This document shows positions 54,843 through 64,000 of a DNA stretch of 64,000 nucleotides, piece after piece. Position 1 is the stretch's first letter; every line of letters starts with the position of its first letter. The DNA is from the human T2T-CHM13v2.0 reference genome, Homo sapiens. The notes below the pieces were generated by a model that was not told the DNA's origin, ran no database searches, and saw only the letters and a program-made list of their open reading frames with translations. The stretch lies in assembly GCF_009914755.1 (NCBI RefSeq), contig NC_060947.1; one strand, written 5' to 3'. Both the position numbers and the translations under genes were made by a program.

Positions 54843-55279
54843 ACCCCTTCTTTATTACTAATGGAAACATTATATTGTTGAGGGTGGCAATGTGCCCAGC
54901 TTTAAAGCAATACTTTTCCAGCTTGCCCTGCAGATATCGGTGGCTAATAAAGTGAAAGCAAAAGTCATTGCCTGAGTCGTCTGAGAAAGCTTTGGAAAAG
55001 GAACTGATTAATGTGAGTGATTTCACCTTCTGCCCTTGCCCCTTCTTCCTGCCTACAGCCTAGGATGTGGTATAAAATGTCAGTTGCAGCAGTCATCATG
55101 GGCTATAAAGCAACCTTGATGACGGGAGCCATGCCCTATAGGGGAGCAGAAAGAAAGAACCTGGGTCCTAATATATGTAGAGCTGCTATGTCACCACTGG
55201 ACGCCCATCCTTGAACTCCTTTCACAGGAAAAAACAAAAAACAAAAAAACCAAAAAACCCATCATATTTAAGCCACCAT

Positions 55280-55319
55280 AATTTGGGTTTCTGTGCCCAA
55301 ATTTGGGTTTCTGTGCCCA
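55280..55319. repeat. Perfect 20-bp tandem duplication
   Basis: aatttgggtttctgtgccca x2. Confidence 0.95.
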
Positions 55320-55818
55320 CCATAACTGATATGGTGACTAAGGGTTATAAAAGAAATATAATATTTGTGGGAAATTTTAACCTTTACATGTGAACTATCC
55401 TAATGAAAAACACTGGAAATGTAAGGTTTCCTAAGGTATTGATTAAGCCTGAAATCATTAGCTGATACATACTGAAAAGAGGAAATCATACATCTGAAAT
55501 CATTACCTGATATATATACTGAAAAGAGGAACTTTAACTCAGCCAATAATTGTATCTTTCAACAAGGGAAATTTCCCTGTGAGCAAGTTTGTGGTACAAG
55601 GTCATCTGCAGCTGAACCTTTGCTGTGCCAAGGCTTTGGTGTGGGAGCACACACACAATTTTGAAGAGCTTGGACTTGATGTTCGTTTCCATGCCTGATG
55701 TGCCTGTACTATACATTGGAGAACATTAAGTCAGTAAGTATGGTATATGCCGGAGTCATGTCCTCTGGGGGTAAAAAAGCAACGAAAAGGAGAAACAAAA
55801 ACTAATTTTAAAAAATCA

Positions 55819-57006
<1,188 letters not shown>

Positions 57007-57467
57007 TTAAACACATGGTATTCATGGTAAATCTTTTGTGGGATATATCCTGTGGACAAAAAGATACACAAAAAAATCTTAAACTCTTAGTGATGATTCT
57101 ATTATCGCTGTCTTGAAACTATTAGTGTGTATAATATATATACACACTTATAAGCACGTATATATAGTAAGATAAAACAAATAAGTAACTATGTTAATGT
57201 CATTAGGAACTAATATTTTCAGCCTAAGGGAAGAAAGACACAAATATTCAATGAAATATGTAAAAGCCATGTAATCTTAATTTTGAATTAGACATATCAA
57301 TGTGAATTTATGAATTATTTTTATCTTTCCAGAAAGTACAAACTTTCCAGCTGTGCCTATTGAAAGGCAGTGATCAGCCCAGTAGCAATGAGTATACTTA
57401 ATATGCAGATTGTGGTTTCTCAATGCGTTTACCCATTAAAGGGAACAAGGACTCCTTGGAGAAATAG

Positions 57468-57874
<407 letters not shown>

Positions 57875-59186
57875 GCAGTAACCAATTTTAATAGGGTCTA
57901 CTTGCTAAAGATGGAACAAGTTGAACATCAAAAGGAGTAAAATCTTAAGGTCAGGAACAAAACAAGGATGTCTGCTCTCACAACTTCTATTCAACATTGT
58001 ACTCTAAGTTCTAACCAGGGCAATTAGGCAAGAAAAAGAAATAAAAGAAATCCACATGGGAAAGGAAGAAATAAAAATTATTTCTATTTGCAGATGACAT
58101 AATCTTGTAAGTAGAAAATCCTCAGGAATCCACTAAAAACTATTAGAACTAGTAAACACTTCTACCCCTTCGCTTAAAAAGATAAAGAGAGAAATTAACA
58201 TAAAAAAATTTAAAAAGAGCTAGTAAACAAGTTCAGCAAGGTTGCAGGATACAAGACAAATATACAAAAATGAACTACATTTCTGTACACTAGCAATAAA
58301 ATCTAAAAATAAAATAAAAAATTCCACTTATCATTAAGAAAATACTTAGGAATACATTTAACAAGAGAAATGCAAAACTTGTATGCTGAAAATTACAGAA
58401 CATCTTTGAAAGAAATTAAAGATCTAAATAAATGGAAACATCATATATTCATGGGTCAGAAGACCTAATATTGTTAAGATAGCAATACTCCCCAAAGCGA
58501 TTTACAGATTCAGTGCAATGCCTATCAAAATCCCAGCTTGCTTTTTTGTAGTAATTGACAAGCTGATCCTAAAATTCATTTGGAAATGCAAGAGACTCAC
58601 AATAGCCAAAGCAATCTTGAAAAAGAACAAAGTTGGAAGACTCACATTTCCTGATTTCAAAACTTACCAAAAAGGTACAGTAATCAAGACCATGTGGTAC
58701 TGGGATAAAGACAGACATATAGACCAATGAAATAGAATTAAGAGTCCAGAAATAAACCCATTCATTTACGGTCAAATGATTTTCAACAAGGGTGCTAAGA
58801 CCATTTAGTGATGAAAGAATAGTCTTTTCAGCAAGTGGTTCTGGGACAACTAGATATTCAATTACAAAAAGAATGAAGTTAGACCCTTACCTCACAATAT
58901 ACACAAAAATTAATTTAAATGAATCAAAGATCAAATGTAAGAATTACTGCTATAAAACTCTTAGAAGAAAATAATAGGAGTAAATCTTCATGGCCTTGGG
59001 TTAAGCAATGAATTCTTAGGTGTGACACCAAAAGCACAAGCAGCAAAAGAAAAAAATACATAAATTAGACTACATCAAAATTTAAAACTTTTGGCCGGGC
59101 GCGGTGGCTCTTGCCTGTAATCCCAGCACTTTGGGAGGCCCAGGCAGGCAGATCACGAGGTCAGGAGTTCGAGACTATCCTGGCTA

Positions 59187-59466
<280 letters not shown>

Positions 59467-60034
59467 TCATATACTTAAGAAGGGATGTATATCCAGAATA
59501 TGTTTAAAAAACAAACAAACAAACAAAAAAAACTCTTATGGCTCATACCTGTAATCTCAAAACTTTGGGAGGCCAAGGCGGGTGGATTGCTTGAGCCCAG
59601 GAGTTCAAGAACAGCCTGGGCAACATGGCAAAACCCTGTCTCTACAAAATAATAATAATAATAATAATTAGCTGGGCATGGTGGCACATGCCTGTAGTCC
59701 CAGCTACTGAGGAGGCTGAGGTGGGAAGATCGCTTGGGCCTGAAAGCGAGGCGGCAGTGAGCTAAGATCACACCACTATACTCCAGCCTGGGTGACAGAA
59801 CAAGATCCTGTCTCAAAAAACAAAAAAACAAAACAAAAAAACCTCTTATAATTCAATAATAAAAAGGCAAATAACCTAATTTTAAAATGGGCAAAGGATA
59901 TGAATAGACTTGTCTCCAAAGAAGATGTACAAATGCCAATAAGAACCTGAAAGGATGCTCGATTTCATTAGTCACTAGGGAAATGCAAATCAAAACCACG
60001 ATGAGATACCTCTTTTCACCCAGTAGGTTGGCTA

Positions 60035-60190
<156 letters not shown>

Positions 60191-60592
60191 TTAGCTGGGT
60201 GTGGTGGCACATGCCTGTAATCCCAGCTACTTGGGAGGCTGAGGCAGGAGAATTGCTTGAACCCGGGAGACAGAATTGCAGTGAACCGACATCGTGCCAC
60301 TGCACTCCAGCCTGGGCAACGGAGCAAGACTCCGTCTCAAAAAAAAAAAATTACACATAATGTGAAGAAATTGTAATCCTCATACATTGCTGGTGGGAAT
60401 GTAAAATGTTGCAGCAGCTTTGGAAAACAGTTTAGCAGTTCCTCAAAATATTAAACATAAAGTTACCATATGACCCAGCAATTCCACTCCTAGGCATATA
60501 CACAAGATAAATGAAAACATGTCCACACAAAAACTTGCACACCAATGCTCATTGCAGCATTATTCATAATAGCTGAAACGTGGAAACAATAC

Positions 60593-61398
60593 TGTAATTA
60601 GTTTCCTAGGGCTGCAGTACCAAACTGCTACAAACTGGGTGGCTTAAAACAAGAGAAATTTGGCCAGGCGTGGTAGCTCACACTTGTAATCCCAGCACAT
60701 TGGGAGGCTGAGGTGGGCAGATCACCTGGGGTGAGGAGTTTGAGACCAGCCTGGCCAACATGGCGAAACCCCATCTCTACTAAAAATACAAAAATTAGCC
60801 CGGCGTGGTGGCGCCTGCCTGTAATCCCAGCTACTTGGGGGGCTGAGGCGGGAGAACTGCTTGAACTGGGAGGCAGAGGTTGCAGTGAGCTGAGATCCCG
60901 CTACTGCACTCCAGCCTGGGTGACAGAGCAAGACTCCATCTCAAAAAAACAAAAAACAAACAAACAAACAAAAAAGAGACAGAGAGAGAGAGATTTATTC
61001 TCTCCTAGTTCTGGGGGCTAGAAGTCTGAAATCCAAATGTTGGTAGGGCCATTCTCCCTCTCAGCATTCTAGGAAAGAATCATTCCTTGCCTCTCCTAGC
61101 TTCCCGCAGCTCCAGGTGTTCCCTTGGCTTGTTGTGGCTGCATCATTCCAATCCCTGCCTCCCTCTCTATATGACATTCTCCTCCTTCTCCCTCTGTTTC
61201 TCCTGTGTATGTCTCTTATAAGGGCATTTGTCACTGGATTTAGGGCCCATCTGTATAACACAGGGTGATCTCATCTTGAGATCCTTAACTTAATTACATC
61301 TGCAATGAATCTTTTTCCAAATGAAGTCACGTTCACAGGTGCCAGGAGTTAAGAAAGATAGACATATCTTTTTGGAGGCCACCATTCAACCCACTACA
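60593..61398 (-). mobile_element. MLT1C-type MaLR LTR containing an Alu (60662-60975, +)
   Basis: 'tgtaattagtttcctagggctg...aactgggtggcttaaaacaa' ... 'attcaacccactaca'. Confidence 0.85.
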
Positions 61399-61495
61399 AA
61401 CCCAAATGTCCAGCAACTAATGAATGAATAAACCAAATGTGGTTCATCCTTATAATGAAATATTATTTGGCAGTAAAAAGGAACAAATGTACTGA

Positions 61496-61960
61496 TGAGG
61501 CAGGAGAATAGGGTCTGGAGGCAGGGAATGTAAGGCTGTTTCACGCCAACTTCCTAAAACTAAATTGAAAGGAAAACCCTAACTTTCCAAGCCTAAGTAA
61601 CAAAAGGACCAGAGGCTACTCCCTTTGACCTTTTCTGCGTGGTAGATGGGAAGTTGGCTGTCTGCAACAAATCAGACTGATTGCAGGCTACCACTTCAGT
61701 TACATGAGGTGAGCATGAAGTGGCCAATGGGAAACTTCTAGGGGGTATTTGAACCCTAGAAGATTCTGTATCTAGGCCCTTGAGCTGCTGCTTGGGTCCG
61801 CTCCCACACTGTGAAGTGTATTTTCATTCTCAATAAATCCCTGGTTTCGTTCTTTGTTGCTTCATTCTTTCTTTGCTTTGCTGGGCGTTTTTTCCAATTC
61901 TTTGTTTAAAATGCCAAGAACCTGGACAACTTGCAGTCACGACCCTTTACTGGTGATACA
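61496..61960 (+). mobile_element. ERV1 solo LTR (LTR15/MER83/MER51 group)
   Basis: 'tgaggcaggagaatagggtctggaggcaggg' start; AATAAA near 61832; 'gccaagaacctggacaac' near the end. Confidence 0.75.
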
Positions 61961-62328
61961 TGTGACAACATGGATGAGCCTTGAAAACATTATACTAAGA
62001 CAAAGAAGCCAGACAAAGGCCACATGATATGTAATTCCATTTATGTGAAATGTCCAGAATAGGCAAATCCTTAGACATAGAAAGTAGATCAATTGTTGCC
62101 TAGGGCTGCAGGGGGTGTTAGAGGGAAGGGGGAGTGACTGCTAATGGATATAGAGTTTCTTATTCTGTTTTTAAAATTTTTTTATTTTTAGAACTTCTTG
62201 GATACCAAGGATATAGGGTTTCTTTTTGGCATGACGAAAATGTTCTAAAATCCGATTATGGTCATAGTTGTGCAACTCTGTAAATATACTAAAAACCATT
62301 GACTTATGCGCTTTTTTTTTTTTTTTAG

Positions 62329-62527
<199 letters not shown>

Positions 62528-62828
62528 TAACTCCTGACCTCAAGTGGTCCACCTGCCTTGGCCTCCCAAAGTGCTTGAATTACAGGTGTGAGCCACCAAA
62601 CCTGGCTGGACTTGTGCACTTTAAATGGATGAATTGTGTGATATGTGAATTGTATCTCCATGAAACTGTCATAAAATGAGGAATTTAAAAATGAATAATG
62701 AATGTAATGAATTGAAATACATCAAATATACTAAAATCCATAGGCTCATAATGATTTTTTAAAAAGCTCTTTGGTCATGTTTAGACAATGCTAGGGAACC
62801 AACTGATTTTTATGAAAACTGATGAATG

Positions 62829-63153
<325 letters not shown>

Positions 63154-63727
63154 TCAAGCACTTTTTTCTGCCATCCTTATATGAACTGTACTTGGGGGTA
63201 TTCAAATAGTTAATCAGAGGAAATTCTTTATTATGGAAAAATTCTAGTTAATGAAGGCAGAAGAAATCACAGAATTAAAATCTCACAAATTTACAAGACC
63301 TAATGACATAATGGATCTAGGCAATGCTTTCCATTATATGAAAGGTTTATGGGTTGAAAGGAACATTGAAAGGGGGGCTAACAACACTGGAACCCAATGA
63401 CTAATGTTAACATCACTAAAAATGGGACAGCCAGACATCATGGGCCTCCTGATGTGACACAATGGAAAGTACACAGTACCACTTACAAAGTATTCTTGCT
63501 AAATAAATCAAACCTGACTTGGATCAAGGCTCTAAATCTAACTACCAGCTTATAGAAAATACAAGGTTTAAAGGAATACATTAGGTGACACTAGAGAGAT
63601 TGATGAAATCAGCAAAATACTGACTATGGGAAAATTTTCCAGGGCAAATGCCCCAACTTTTTCAGCAAACAAATGGCAAAAATACAAGAGGGAAGGGGTA
63701 ACCTATCAAATAGATGTAGGAGACATA

Positions 63728-63857
63728 CACATTTATGCCTAGTGTTCCATTATTGGAACACTAAGCATGTGGGAGTTATTTATATCCTATTGCTCAAGGT
63801 CATTGCCAAAGTCTGATTTTTAAATTCAAAAAAATTGCAACCTCAGGCATAAATGGG
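63728..63857 (+). mobile_element. MER85 (piggyBac/PGBD3-derived MITE)
   Basis: TIRs C(A)CATTTATGCCT / AGGCATAAATGGG, right TTAA at 63858-63861, internal palindrome GTTCCATTATTGGAAC at 63744-63759. Confidence 0.9.
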
Positions 63858-63930
63858 TTAACCATATGCAGTGAGGGACCTTGTCTAGTTTCTGATTTGA
63901 AGAAACCTACTATAAAAATATATTTTGGGG

Positions 63931-64000
63931 GGCTGGGCACAGTGGCTCATGCCTGTAATCCCAGCACTTTGGGAGGCCAAGGTGGGTGGATCACTTGAGG
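63931..64000 (+). mobile_element. Alu 5' part (cut by window end)
   Basis: ggctgggcacagtggctcatgcctgtaatccc. Confidence 0.9.

Noticed and set aside
58518-58974. RT-related ORF fragments (also 3375-3900, 7606-7854, 25192-25425)
   Set aside because: Short pieces of decayed L1/CR1 ORF2 with stops and frameshifts; no intact retroelement ORF.

Overview
Primate, almost certainly human, non-genic DNA that is densely repetitive. It holds about 50 Alus, several old L1 remnants (L1MB/MC/MD/ME-type), MIR/L2/L3 fragments, MaLR elements (one two-LTR MST, solo MST and MLT1 LTRs), other ERV LTRs and DNA transposons (Tigger3-type, MER2, MER30, MER85). I see no spliced protein-coding gene, tRNA, rRNA or CRISPR array. 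There are two ribosomal-protein processed pseudogenes: RPL32 (+, 9125-9646) and RPS2 (-, 36101-37068). From memory this pair fits RPL32P36/RPS2P55 at Xp11.4, but that is unverified. Repeat subfamily names come from recalled consensus sequences and need RepeatMasker/Dfam confirmation; many repeat boundaries are approximate. I found no evidence of a new multi-gene system. The interesting signals are mechanistic scars. (1) The RPS2 retrocopy's 18-bp target-site duplication also encloses about 1.4 kb of non-RPS2 passenger DNA, suggesting a chimeric or second-generation retro-insertion. (2) An ATG in that passenger restores a 309-codon RPS2 frame despite a frameshift. (3) A roughly 0.9-kb RY microsatellite inside an Alu carries a fold-back inverted copy of the Alu itself. 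(4) One target site is triplicated around RPL32P plus an Alu. (5) A double snap-back templated insertion sits inside an L1. (6) A MER85 keeps its internal palindrome intact.
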